Assembly: GCA_951406725.2 (NCBI GenBank)
Contig: OX597831.1
Coordinates: forward strand, 52,886,001 to 52,950,000
Origin: Octopus vulgaris
Taxonomy: Eukaryota
Direction of reading: 5' to 3'
Length of the DNA stretch: 64,000 bases
The notes below the pieces were generated by a model. That model had not been told where the DNA came from and ran no database searches. It worked only from the letters and a program-made list of their open reading frames with translations. This document shows, piece by piece, positions 1 through 13,310 of this stretch. The position numbers and the translations under genes are program-made. The stretch's first letter is position 1; the number at the start of each line of letters is the position of its first letter.

Positions 1-504
1 TTATAATATATGATAGCACTGCTGCACACACACAAACATTAATTATTTTAATATTTATCTCCATACTATATTCTTCTTCTTCTAGCGTGCGTGGCGAGGT
101 CACTGTAAAAGTCCTTTCACTATTTACTAGTCTCCTTGACCTTGTTCGTTACATCTACATCAAACCACTTCGTTCATCGTTCACGTTGGTTAATCTCTGT
201 TTCATCTTGTTCTGGTTTGTTAATTTTCCCTCTCTAATGGAGCAGCTCTATAATAATAGGTGTTCCGTCACAGCCTTTCTGATTTCACTCACATTCTTTC
301 GTGATCTTTGACTATAGCGTACCATTTGATCTGCCGAGATCAACTTTGTCATACACCCTTTCGAAGGACGATGAAATAAAGTGCCAGTCAAGTACTACAG
401 TTAGTGATATTGATTGATTCTTCGCCTTAATATTCTGGGTTTGTTCTATATTCATTATGCGGCATTCTTTCGAAAGAATGCCACTAATACTAATAATCCT
501 TTCT

Positions 505-1180
505 ACTAAAGGCACAAGGCCTCAAATTTGGTGGGGAGGGGACTAATTAATTACATTGACTCCTGTGTTTCACTTGTACTTGATTCATCGACCCCGAAAG
601 GGATGGAAGGCAAAGTCGACCTCGGCGGAATTTGAACTTGGAACGTAGCAGCAGACGAAATACCTATTTCTTCACTACCCACAAGGGGCTAAACACAGAG
701 AGGACAGACAAACGGATTAAGTAGATTATATCGACCCCAGTGCGTAACTGGTACTTATTTAATCGACCCCGAAAAGATGAAAGGCTAAGTCGACCTCGCC
801 GAAATTGAACTCAGAACGTACCGGCAGACGAAATACCTATTTCTTTACTACCCACAGAGAGGGCAAACAAGGACAGACAAACGGATTTAGTCGATTACAT
901 CGACCCCGAAAGGATGAAAGGCAAAGTCGACCTCAGCGGAATTTGAACTCAGAACGTAATGGCAGACGAAATACCTATTTCTTTATTACCCACTAGGGGC
1001 TAAACATAGAGTGGACAAACAAGGACATACATAGGTATTAAGTCGATTACATCGGCCCCAGTGCGTAACTGGTACTTAATTTATCGACCCCGAAAGGGTG
1101 AAAGGCAAAGTCGACCTCGGCGGAATTTGAACTCACAACGTAACGGCAGACGAAATACCACTAAGCATTTCGCCCGGCAA
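505..1180 (-). mobile_element. Tandem array of tRNA-derived SINE (family A) partial copies, CpG-intact
   Basis: Four occurrences of cgaccccgaaaggatgaaaggcaaagtcgacctcggcggaatttgaactc (B-box gagttcaaattcc on the minus strand). Confidence 0.85.
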
Positions 1181-1995
1181 ATAATGGGAAAGACTTCCTC
1201 CTGTCAAAAAAAGGGTGCGGTTGGGGGGGTACAAAAGTAAGTCTTGCCTAATAATGTTCTAGTAAAGTTAAACAAATAATTATCGCTACAAAATTCTTAT
1301 TTTTACGAACACAGCATAAAAAAATAATAAATTCCAGATCGGAAAATCCACAATAAGAGTGAAACTGCTGTTTTATTATCTCGGTACGCTAAACTCTTAC
1401 ATCGTCCCATATTTAACATGTTGTTTACTTAGGAAGTGGGTTGAAATGTAAGAGGGATTTCGTTATTTCTTCATTTTCTTACGTACCTCTTTTTAATGTA
1501 AAATTTAGTATGAAATTTAACACACAATTATAGATGATTTATTTGTATCAAATATTTCCGAACTTTTTTTGTAGAGCTTATTAATTTGTTGACTAATTTA
1601 TTCTCAGACACTTTTTAGTAAAGTTTGTTAACCTAACGAAATGTTATTGAGAAAAAGAAAAAAACACGAAAGACCTTTTTTCTATTCTTAGTCATTAATA
1701 GAAATCATTATCTTTCTCTCGCCTATAAATATGAAAGGTTTTAAAACGCCAAATGAAACAACAAAACAACGGTTCCAAAATTATTTTCCATGGAAGTCTG
1801 ATCCAAGCACACCATACAACCCTTGATAACTTATTTTATTTTGGGGAATTTTCACAAAATATTGTTTGATTCAGGTTTCCGCCATATAAATAGAAGCAAA
1901 TTGCGGATTTGAACTATCTGTATTTTAACACCATGATTTCAAAGCACAGTCTTCGAAAAAGAGTGAAAATTTTAGGATTTATGGGGTGGGGGATT

Positions 1996-2047
1996 AAAGC
2001 CTTGTGTGGATTTGGTAGACGGAAGCTGAAAGCTCGTTGTGTATATA

Positions 2048-2078
<31 letters not shown>

Positions 2079-2310
2079 CGTGTGTGTGTGTATATGTTTG
2101 TGTGCCTGTGTTTGTCCCCCCACCCACCCAACATCGCTCGACAACCGATGCTGGTGTATTTACGTCTCCGTAACCTAGCAGTTCGGCAAAAGAGATCGAT
2201 AGAATAAGTACTAGGCTGACAAAGAATAAGTTCTGGGGTCGATTTGCTCGACTTAAAGGCGATGCTCCAGCATGGCCGCAGTCAAAATGATTGAAACAAA
2301 TGAGTGAAAA
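1996..2310 (+). mobile_element. CORE-type SINE (family B), 5'-truncated
   Basis: aagccttgtg..gatttggtagacgg, internal (TG)n, and the 3' module ending gcatggccgcagtcaaaatgattgaaacaa shared with many copies in the window. Confidence 0.85.
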
Positions 2311-3039
2311 TATAAAATTTATTCTCTTTCTTGATCTTAGCATTTTAACTTGAATCTAATTCTTGTGTATATATGTGTGTGTGTGTGTATTTATACGTAA
2401 CGGTAGAAGTTTTTTTTGTATCGCTTGAAATTAATTTGTAAACAATAGTATGGAACGTCGGAGTGGTAATCAGTTTGTAAGGATTGGTTCTTCGTTGATT
2501 GCCATTATGTAAAGATGAAAGAACAGTGATTGAAGTTGTGAAGAAAATATTTATTTATCGTTACATTGTCAAAAAAATCCCAAACCACGACGGCTTGGTA
2601 TGTTTAATTAGTAAATAGAAAAGTATGCGAAGTAAAGATAGATTTTCCTTGTATAGTTTGTGTACATATTCATATAGAATTATGTTGTAAAAAAGAAATT
2701 GAGCTAGTGAAAGTTGTAGAGTCGAGAGAAGTTGGGTCTTATAGTTGCTGATTGTAAACTTCTTTCCCCCTCTGACCGTTTGTCTGTATTAGCTGCCTGT
2801 TTGTGGCCCTGACTAGCTGTCCGTTCTCCAACTGATGGTTGCTCTCCCTAACTCGAGTTCTCTGACCTTGGGGGATCTTATTTTTTTTAACTATCTTGCC
2901 TAATGCAATCCCAGAGCAATTTCTTATCTCTTACACTATTTCAGTATTACATGTCAAAAGTGAAACAATAACATCTCTCTATTGTAATGTGAGATACTTT
3001 CAGTTTATATAGTCTCACTATTATTTAAGTGAAACTATT

Positions 3040-3103
3040 ATATCACATATATATATGCATACTTACATACATATATATGTATATTACATATATAAACATA
3101 GAA

Positions 3104-3161
<58 letters not shown>

Positions 3162-3193
3162 GTGCAGATGTATACATACATATATATATATAC

Positions 3194-3227
<34 letters not shown>

Positions 3228-3247
3228 GATGTATACATACATATATA

Positions 3248-3279
<32 letters not shown>

Positions 3280-3460
3280 GTATCTATGCGTGTATACATG
3301 TGAGATATATACATCTACATTTATATATATATATATATATATATACATATGTGCAGATGTATATATATATAGATCCTTTAAAATGTTTTAGCCCGAAGGC
3401 CGCGGCATGCTGGGGCACACATATATATATATGTATGTATGTATGCGTGTATATATGTGA
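3040..3460. repeat. (TA)n/(TG)n compound microsatellite
   Basis: Directly visible; explains the YIYIYI ORFs. Similar tracts at 5395-5460, 5860-6170, 30925-30970, 38100-38137, 38963-39005 and 59265-60110. Confidence 0.95.
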
Positions 3461-3492
3461 GATAATAGTTTCAGTATCAATAATGAAAGTGT

Positions 3493-3749
3493 TAAACTGA
3501 AAGCATCTCGCATTACAATAGAGAGATATTATTTCACTTTTGACATGTAATACTGAAATACTGTAAGATATAAGAGATTGCTCTGGGCTCATATTAGGTA
3601 AGAAGTTGAAAATTCTTCTTTGGCCCATGACACTGTATAGACCCTAAGTAAGGCATGTGTAAAATTTGAATGGAATCAGTTGTGTAGTTCTCGAGTTTTA
3701 GGGATTCACACAGACAAACACACACAATCACATTATCTTTATATATAGA
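3493..3749 (-). mobile_element. Helitron-like 5' terminal fragment (further copies at 6210-6474 and, inverted, 2884-3007)
   Basis: Three homologous copies of cattacaatagagagat..aagagattgctc..ttaggcaagaagttgaaaa; this one ends tttatatataga (TC on the minus strand). Confidence 0.55.
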
Positions 3750-5156
3750 CTAGCAAAGACACCCAGTGTTGCCCGTGTCACATGGAATTGAAAAATTAGA
3801 CTTTTCTCTTATATTTTCTCTAATGAACTGGAATACCTATGATTCGAATTTCATAAAAATTGGAGATTAAGAATTTTAATGGAGGTTCTCTCCCTCTTTA
3901 CACACCCTAACAAAAATTCTAATCATGACTTATTTATACCACACTACCATCTTTATCCCCAGCTTCCAAAATTCAAATCTTATATAACCTATTCAAAGGT
4001 TTTTGCTTCTGAAAAATGGAGCGCATAGAGCACATGGAGCTCTAAAATGTGGGAGTTAAGGCCCTTATAAGGGGGCAGGGTCTTAAAGTGAACCAGAGAA
4101 GTTGAATTGTTGGGAATCTTTTTTAACTTGTGTCTTATCAATGTTCATTGGGTTTATAAAAGAGAGCAATGGTAGAGGAAAGCAAAAGACAAATGATCAC
4201 AATAAGCACTCAGCTACCCTACCCTGGTCATTACCCCAATGTAGGATTCCTCACCATACAGGTGGCCAGTACAGCTGTAAAATGCATAATGGATCTATAG
4301 CAATAGGAAGGGCGTGACCCAACTCAAATAAACATTAACAGCTGCGTAACGTGAGAGCTAAGAGAAAATGAAAGTGTCACCTCTTTGAAATCAGAAATAT
4401 ATCAATGTTCATTGGGTTTGTAAAAGAGAGCAATGGTAGAGGAAAGCAAAAGACAAATGATCGCAATAAGCAGTCAGCTACCCTACCCTGGTCATTACCC
4501 TAATGTAGGATTCCTCACCATACAGGTGACCCGGTACAGCTGTAAAATGCATTACATCTATAGCAATAGGAAGGGCGTGACCCAACTCAAATAAACATTA
4601 ACAGCTGTGTAACGTGACAGCTAAGGTGAAATGAAAGTGTCACCTCTAGAGTTTGCCAATGATCACTATACCGATAGGTAACTGAACAGAATAAATTTAC
4701 AATCTATAAATCTCTTTGAATGACCAATCATTTATCTGGAAAGGCCTTGAAATCAATGTTACTATCTGGGGACTATCTCTGACCCAGTGATAATAAAAAG
4801 ACTCAAAGGAGGTCTGCAACCAAATAACTTTACTCAAAATAACACTTCGCAACTGAATCAGTGGAGGCAAAGATGCCACTCCTTTACTCGACAATTTATG
4901 CACCACATTGCAGAAATCACAATCTAAATATATCTCAAAGCAAACTCTTACACTGTTGTACCATTGAATTACAAATAACGCTCATCTTGTATGCTCAGGT
5001 GACTCTACAGCTTCCAAGACTACAATTGTATGAAACATACGGCATTACCCTTCTCCCTAAGCTTGGATTTTGTGTCCCAAATTTCATTAGGATCAGTGCA
5101 GTAGTTTTCGATTCTATAAGTAACACACATAAAGACATTGACTTTTATATAATAGA
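3750..5156 (-). mobile_element. Non-autonomous Helitron-like element with an internal tandem duplication of about 264 bp
   Basis: Minus strand starts TCTATTATATAAAAG (5156) and ends with a decayed GC hairpin plus CTAG (3750) in an A|T context. Duplicated units at 4136-4384 and 4400-4647. Confidence 0.6.
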
Positions 5157-5394
5157 TATATGCACATATACATACATGTATATATGTATGTGTGTGTGTA
5201 TTTATATATATATAGCGGGGTGCAAAGAGCAGCATACGAGTGTGATCGTTGACAGAGCTTCCATGCCAGTGGCACATAAAAGGCACCATTCGAGTGTGAT
5301 TGTTACTAGCGTCGCCTTATTGGCACTTGTGCCCGTGCTAGTAGGGTGCCGAGAGAACCATCCGAGTGTGATCGTTGCCAGAGCAGCTACCTGG

Positions 5395-5441
<47 letters not shown>

Positions 5442-5898
5442 CACACATACACACACAGAAAGATAGATGGATAGATACAATTGAGTGGGCAAGCAAAAGT
5501 ATGAGGGTCTTCAAGGCAGTGAAGAATTTTTTGTCAAATGTGTTTATATTTTGAAAAGCCTGGTAATTATTCTATCGGTCTCTTCTAAAACCAGTAAGTT
5601 ATGGGGATGTAAATAAACCAACACTAGTTGTCAAGCAGTGATGAGGGAGAAACACAAAGACACACACATACACTTACATATATACATATATATACGATGG
5701 ATTTCTCTCAGTTTCTGCCTAACAAATCCACTCACAAGGCTTTGGTTGGTCTGAAACTATAGCAGAAGACACATGCCATGTTACCACACAGTAGGACTAA
5801 ACCCAGGACAGTGTGCTTTGGAACCAAGTTTGTTACCACACAGCCACACCTGCACCTATGTACGTACATATATATGTGTGTGTGTGTATATATATTTA

Positions 5899-5948
<50 letters not shown>

Positions 5949-6474
5949 TATATATGTATAAATGTATGTTTGTATATTTGTATGTGTGTATATATACGTA
6001 TATATGTATAAATGTATGTTTGTATATTTGTATGTGTGTATATATGTATATATGTATGCATATATACAGGTGTACATATTACATATACATCTATATACAT
6101 ATATACACATGTATACATATACATGTATACTACACATCTATACTACACATCTATACATATAATATATGTGACATTAATTTCACTTTAACACTGTCAGTAT
6201 GAATAGTGAAACTGTTAAAGTGAAAGTATCTTACATTACAATAGAGAGATGTTACTTTTTCACTTTTGACACATAATACTGAATAGTGTAAGAGATAAGA
6301 GATTGCTCAGGGCTCGCATTAGGCAAGAAGTTGAAAATTATTTTGACCCATGACACTGCATGGACCTTAGGTAAGGCATGTGTAAAATTTGAATGAAATT
6401 GGTTGTGTAGTTCTCGAGTTTTAGGGATTCACACAGACAGATTAGACAGACACACATTCTCATCTTTATATATA

Positions 6475-7555
6475 CTAGCAGGTGTACACGGCATTGCCCG
6501 GGGCTGTTTAAGTATGCCTGTTTGGTTATTAGACCATTCACAGATGCACCTCTGAACTGAATGAAAGAAATCATAATGGCAGATGTTCCCTGCATTGTTT
6601 GATTTATTTAGCACAATATGAACATGCAATCATACACCCACACTCTTGTCATTGTTTTCCATTGGGAGAGTAGGTTGATCTGTAAAAAACCAGCAGTAAT
6701 TGAATTATTTTCCTTACCACATAACTGCTGACATGTGCTGTTTAGCAGATGGAAAGGTTGAGCCAAAGATATGACATAAAGAGAAATAGAATGTTTACCT
6801 GCTGTTTCGCTAGGTTGTACATACAACATTATCTGAACAAAAAATTTGACATGTGGCCTGTGCAAAAAAGATGGAAAGTGTAGTATCTGTTGCCTACCTC
6901 ACAATTGGGGACACTTAATGGAGAGCATACTGTGAAGATTATGCTAATGAAATAAATAAGGTGACAAGAGTATGGTTACCTGATTTTTGCCTGTTTGCCG
7001 CATAGAGCAACATCCATTGTTGTCTTTCCTCTGTAGTCTCTTTAGCACCCACTGCAGCATCTTTTGTAAGTTGATCTGTGCGTTGTGCTGCAGCTCATGC
7101 AACAGCAGTTGAGGAAGCATCTCTTGTAAGTTGATCTGTGCATTGTGTTGCAGTCTCTGAAGCCCATGCAGCAGCAGTAGAGGAAGCATTTCTTATTTGG
7201 TGTGCTGGACGTTGCTCATTACTCTGGCAAGCTCATTGCACAACAATATGTGCTAACCGATCACAACGCTGCTCTTCATTTTCCTTTCTTCGCACTGAAG
7301 CCATCCTAAATGCATTGAGAGAGTTCCTCCTGGTGGCATCCTTCACAGATTCATTTCACACATACATTTACTTTTCTTTGCAACATTTGTTTGCCAACCT
7401 ATATTGGATCTTTTGCCTCGAGGCATGGTGGAAAATTATCAGTTTACACAATAGAAAAAGTCCTAAGGAAAAAGCAGTGTATGTGTAGCACCCAAAAATA
7501 GTAAATTGTAATTGGCAAAAATGTTAATCAAACAGACCAAATTAAGAATAAAAGA

Positions 7556-7560
<5 letters not shown>
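6475..7560 (-). mobile_element. Degenerate Helitron-like element
   Basis: 3' end ctag plus cacggcattgcccggg hairpin region at 6475-6503. Decayed minus-strand coding sequence with ENEEQR/ETTEERQ-type repeats resembling the N-terminal repeats of Helitron RepHel. Confidence 0.45.
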
Positions 7561-7593
<33 letters not shown>

Positions 7594-7634
7594 ATATATT
7601 CTTTTATTCTTTCACTTGTTTCAGTCATTTGCAA

Positions 7635-8160
7635 CAATCCTATGTGAGGGAGAGAGCATACAAAGAAGCCTGGGTTATAAAAAAACATTAAGTGAAACCC
7701 AAAGGCCTTCTTTCATTATGCCAAAGAAACAGCCTCAGTACACTGCAAAATTGGTCCCCTCTTCCAAAAGGAAAGCTCCCTCACAGATAGTCCAACCAAG
7801 ATTAGTGAGGTCTTGAATGACCAGTTCAAAAGTTTCTTTACCACCCTGTTGGAGCACAGACAAGTGAATGAACCAGTGGATTTTGTTGCTGCCTCATCTA
7901 TAGCCATTGAGGCAGTTACGATGGATTACATCAACATTAGTGAAGAAGATACACTACTAGCCATAGATGAGATGGATGCAAACTCAACTGCTGGTCCTGA
8001 ATGGTTTCCCAGCAATCCTCCTCAAATTGTGTAAGCTTTCCCTCACGAAACCACTACAGATTCTCTTCCAGAGCTTTCTTGCAAATGGCAGGCTGCCAAG
8101 CAAACTGAAGGAGGGAATAATATACCCAATCCATAAAGGAGGAAGCAGAGCAGATGCCCT
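7635..8160 (+). mobile_element. CR1/Jockey-group LINE ORF2 fragment
   Basis: Frameshifted DEMDANSTAGPE.FPAILLKLCKLSLTKPLQILFQSFLANGRLPSKLKEGIIYPIHKGG, the pre-RT region (GPD..P / W-K-A.I.PI.K.G-like motifs). Confidence 0.75.
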
Positions 8161-8969
8161 GAAAAGTGGTTGGTTTCGATAAATTAAGTACCAGTTACAC
8201 ACTGGAGTTGATGTAATCGACTTAATACCTATGTCTGTCCTTGTTTGTCCCCTCTATGTTTAGCCCCTTGTGGGTAATAAAGAAATAGGTATTAGGAAGG
8301 GTATCCTGCCATAGAAACCATACCAAAACAGACATTGGAGTTTGATGCAGTCTGATTTGTCAGTTCCTATTAAACTGTCCCACCTATACCAGCATAGAAA
8401 ACATGTTGAAAGATGATAGTGATGATGATGATGATATATGTAAGCATATTTATAATAAATGTTTCCTGTAGCCTTCAACTCAGTTGAAGTTTATTAAGCC
8501 TGTAATTAAATGTTGCCAAAATTCCTGAAATATTAGTTGCATGCATTAGTTAAGAACAAACAGGTGCATGCAGCTGATATATTGCATATGATATGGTAAG
8601 AGCAGACAAATGTGTGTACATCCTAAGAATGATCCAATATCAGGACCTCCATTCTTGAACTGCTAGAAATAGCAGCTGCATTTTCTTCCATTCACACTTT
8701 ACGAACTTAAAAATGTAAAGAAATGTATATCTGGAATCATATAGTCCCTAGATGCATTATATCTTAAATGGAAAAAATCTCATCATCATCATTTAATGTC
8801 TGCTTTCCGTGCTGTCATGGGCTTGACAAATCTATTTAGCATTATCTCAATCATCTATAGTGCCATGGGGTACTCACATAGCAGCATGATGACAGGAACA
8901 AAGTATGGAAATTGTGTGTGTGCATTACTACTACTACTGCTGCTACTACTACTACTACTACTGCTGTTG

Positions 8970-9345
8970 CTTAAGCCCTTTGTCCCCCGTGGTGCATAGA
9001 CCATTGACAACTTTTCTCCACTGTTCTCAACTCTAGATTGTCTTTTTCGCTTCTCTCCAATTGGATTCCTGCTTCTTCAGTTCTACCTACAGCTATTTTT
9101 AGAGCACCCTCTCTTCTACCTCCCTTGTGGCTTCCAGATCAGAGCTTAGTGTGTAATGCAGGATTTTGATTTCTTTAAGGTGTGGGTTACTCAATCCCAC
9201 TTGTGCTTCAGGATCTGTTCTTCCACTGGCATCTGCCTACCCAACCTTCTGTCATAGATCTTCATTTCTTATCCTGTAATATGAAGAATATGTCTGGCAG
9301 TTATTGATGGCGGTCTGTACATTCTGCTGTGTCTTTTTAGTTCTC
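8970..9345 (-). mobile_element. RTE-type LINE 3' fragment
   Basis: Decayed minus-strand C-terminal ORF (LIWKPQG..RRG...W), next to a (CTA/CTG)n tract at 8925-8965. Confidence 0.5.
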
Positions 9346-9384
9346 TTCATGTGTCTGATTCATAGAAAAGAGTGTCACTGTGCA

Positions 9385-10160
9385 GTCCGGCATTGTCATG
9401 ATGAAAGATAATGCCTTCACAATTAGCAAGTACTGGATACGTCTGGTGAATGGCTGCATTTAATTTGTCCAGCTGGTACACATTTGTAGTAGTGGTCCTG
9501 TTCATGGGAAGAAGCTCATAAAAGACAACACCCTTCCAATCCCACCAAATTGAAAGCATAACATTCTATGAGTGAAGTCCTGCTCTGGAAGTTGTTTGAG
9601 GTGGTTAACTGCACTTTCCCCATGATCATTTGTGATCCACATTGTTACAGACGATCTATTTTTCATCTGCTGTCACCATTCTCCTCAAAAGTGGATCATT
9701 TACTTCATGTTTCTGCAATAAATCACAGATGGAAATCTGTTGGGTATGGTCAGCCTCATCCAATTGATGTGGGACCCAAATATAGAGCCTGCTAACATAA
9801 CCAAATTGATGTAGATAGTTTTTCAACTCTCAGCTTGGATATTTGGGGACTATCTGTAATCATCCTGGTTATATAATGGGGGTGTTGCTGTTAATGTCAG
9901 TTGATAGACCAGAACAAGGTGCATTTTGAATTGAAAAATTTCACAATCAAAATCTTGAAACCACTTCCAGCACATGTTCTGTAATGCATCCTCCCCATAC
10001 ACAGCTCATATCTTCCTGCAGGTTTCCACCACCTTCCTGTCATATCAGCAAAAACCAGTCTTTTAGGCCAACCCACTATACATGAGGATTTACTATGGAT
10101 GTGTATTCTACTTACATTTAGTGACATCTGGTTGTTGAACATAGTTAACTAAATTCTTTT
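9385..10160 (-). mobile_element. Mariner transposase relic
   Basis: MLSIWWDWKGVVFYELLP..T....Y..QLDKLNAAI...IIFHHDNA, the mariner DDD catalytic domain; frameshifted. Confidence 0.85.
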
Positions 10161-10539
10161 AAAACTAAGTGCTTTATTGATATCTGCCTTGATTTTTTTT
10201 TATATCCCTTTTTTCTTATATATGTATGTGTGTGTGTGTCTTTGTGTTAGTGTTGGTTTGTTACATCCACATTAGTTAGCAGTTCAGGGAAAAAAATCTT
10301 ATAGAATTAAGCCTTAAAAATAAGTTCAACTAAACCTTTTAAGGGAGTGCCCCAGTATGAGTATGACTGAAACAAGTAAAATGATAAAAAATTTATTTGA
10401 AACGGTTAACAAAATTCCACCCAAAGTTTAGGATTTCTTTTCATGACTCAAAAATACTTCAGCCATAATCTGTTGCTGACTCTCTTTGAAGCTGCATTGA
10501 CCACACATGCACAATAAACAGCTTTGAAATTACAAAAAT

Positions 10540-11372
10540 TACAAGGTGCATTCCAGAAGTTTTTAAACTTTTTTCAGGAGAGACATTTATTAATTTCAAA
10601 GAAGTACAAAAATCTAATCACCGTCAAAGTAGAATCCTCTGACTTAATGCACTTGTTGAAATACTCCAGTCACTTCATTAAGACCCCATGGAAGTCTTCC
10701 AAATTGAAGGTGTCTAGGACCCTTCTCACTGCCTCTATCATCTTCTCCTTCAGCTTGAGGAACAACCAAAATCTCAGGGAGCAAGGTCTGGACTTTAGGG
10801 AGAGTTTTCATACTTATATCTGTCAAGTAGTTGGTTACCAGGATGGAAATGTGAACTGATGTGCTGGTGCCACTGACCCGAGTGAAAGAGCCCTGCCCTT
10901 TTGCAATGAAATCTCTTCCTGAACTCCTTCAAAACCTCCACAGACTACTCTTTATTGACTGTCTGGCCTGAGGAAACCCAGTGGATGTAGATGATGCCTT
11001 TGCTGTTGAAAATGGGGATCATCATGAGCTTCCTGCTGGACTTGCTTCACCAGGCCCCTTGTGTCAGCAAAAAGAAAATGTGCAACTCATACAAGTTAAT
11101 CCATAAGCAGTCAGGAGCATTTCATAAGTTTCTGTAGTATATTTGCCCAGGTCAACACAAGACTTTATTACATAGCAAACTTCTAAATTGTCCCCATGTC
11201 CTAACTGCATTCTGCAAACTAGTCAGCTACGAGAAGCAGTGTTTAGCTCAAAAGCTGGCAGATCAGCTTATTAGATGTATAGCAATGATGTACTTAAACT
11301 ACAATAATCTAAGACAGTTATAACTGCCTCTCCTAAGAAAAAAGTCTCAGCATTTCTGGAATAAACCTCATG
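10540..11372 (-). mobile_element. Internally deleted mariner-like element
   Basis: Imperfect TIRs (tacaaggtgcattccagaa / ttctggaataaacctcatg); the minus strand encodes FWLFLKL, like the mariner FWLFPKLK motif. Confidence 0.6.
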
Positions 11373-11786
11373 TCTCCCAGCTAAATGACAAAGATCTTCT
11401 CATTGACACAATCACTAACCTGCAGATACACAGTTTCTTCTACCACTTCTTTATTGATTTCTGTTCCTTTGCTGCCTCTATCTAAACCCAACCCTCTATA
11501 TACCTACTTCTCTTCTTCTATCATCATTTCTACTGTGTCTCACTTATGTAAACCCCTCACAGAGTAAACACAATTCTTAATCCTTTCTTTGCAAAACTGC
11601 AGCCCTGTCTGCTTGTTTTACCACAGATATTCAAACTGAGCATCAACTATTAACTACAGTGACTTCTCTAATCTAGGTGAGCCTGCAAAAGCATAGGTGT
11701 TGCCACTCTTTTGAGTAAATGATGTTTTTTTTCTTTAATTTTATGATTGTATAATTTCTTTCTTCATTTCTCTCTTTTTTCTTTAA

Positions 11787-12116
<330 letters not shown>

Positions 12117-12419
12117 TAGAACACAAAAGGCCAAGACAAACACCACAAACTACCACCATTGATTGCTACTTATTTTAAAACCCCACAAAAATGACTTCAG
12201 CAGGATTTGAACTCGGTGCACAGAGAAGCATTACAAATACTTCATGTTATTCTATCCAATGCCCTAAAGCCTGCCAATCACTACCTCATCAATCCATTAC
12301 ACTCATACCATGTATTGCAGTTTTGATTTCACTGTACAGCAGATCTATTCAACTAGACATTTTTCAATTTGAATCAGGTTCCCACCAAAACAGTTTACTA
12401 AAGGTGTTAAATATTATCA

Positions 12420-12641
12420 TCATTATTTTAATGTCCACTTTTCTATGTGGACATGGGTTGGATGGAATTTGTTGAAGCAGATTTTCTTCAGCCAGATATC
12501 CTTCCTGTTTCCAAATGAGGTAATATTTCCCCATGACTAGTTATGTTTTCACAGAAGATTGGAAACAAAGGACACCAGTTGGATGACAGTGGCACTCATT
12601 TACAACTGTCATGTGATATCAATACAAGGAGACAGTAATAT

Positions 12642-12702
<61 letters not shown>

Positions 12703-12855
12703 TACATACAATGGGCTTCTTTTCAGTTTCTGTCTATAAAATCCACTCACCAGGCTTTAGTCAGCTTGGTACTATAGTAGAAGACACTTGTTCATAGTAC
12801 CACAAAGTGGGACTGAACCTAAAAACCATTTTTCACACGGCCACACCTGTGCCTA
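12420..12855 (-). mobile_element. CORE-type SINE with RTE-like tail (family B')
   Basis: Same head as family B. Tail aacccatg..gaaaagtggacattaaaat(gat)n on the minus strand. Confidence 0.75.
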
Positions 12856-12931
12856 TTCTGAAATTTAATGCCTGAATAAATCAGGGAAATTCATCCAGTT
12901 TAAGTTGTAAAAAAGAATACATACATATATA

Positions 12932-13310
12932 GGCGCAGGAGTGGCTGTGTAGTAAGTAGCTTGCTTACCAACCACATGGTTCTGGGTTCAGTCCCACTGC
13001 ATGGCACCTTGGGCATGTGTGTTCTACTATAGCCTAGAGCCAACCAAAACCTTGTAGACGGAAACTGAAACATATATATATATATATGTACACATATGTG
13101 TATGTGTGTCTGTGTTTGTCCCCCCCCCCCAACATTGCTTGACAAAACGATGCTGGTGTCATTATGTTCCCATAGCTTAGTGGTTTGGCAAAAGAGACCA
13201 ATAGAATAAGTACTAGGCTTACAAAGAATAAGTCCTGGGATCAATTTGCTTGACTAAAGGCAGTGCTCCAGCATCGCTGCAGTCAAATAACTGAAACAAA
13301 TAAAAGAATA
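12932..13310 (+). mobile_element. Full-length CORE-type tRNA SINE (family B)
   Basis: ggcgcaggagtggctgtgtagtaag (A-box), gggttcagtcccac (B-box), CORE-like accttgggca, internal microsatellite, 3' module. Other copies: 5500-5860(-), 15215-15525(-), 30970-31280(-), 34290-34500(-), 39750-40125(+), 46195-46560(-), 49295-49690(-), 49870-50270(+), 50820-51165(-), 53345-53700(-), 54200-54600(-). Confidence 0.88.

Noticed and set aside
505-1180. Regularly recurring motifs resembling a CRISPR array (also 56655-58360)
   Set aside because: The units are tandem SINE fragments with homologous rather than unique spacers; the context is eukaryotic and there are no cas genes.
3038-6202. Many ORFs rich in YI/CV/HT repeats, including the 201-aa ORF at 4861-5466
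   Set aside because: They are translations of (TA)n/(TG)n microsatellites and repeat fragments with no protein-like content.
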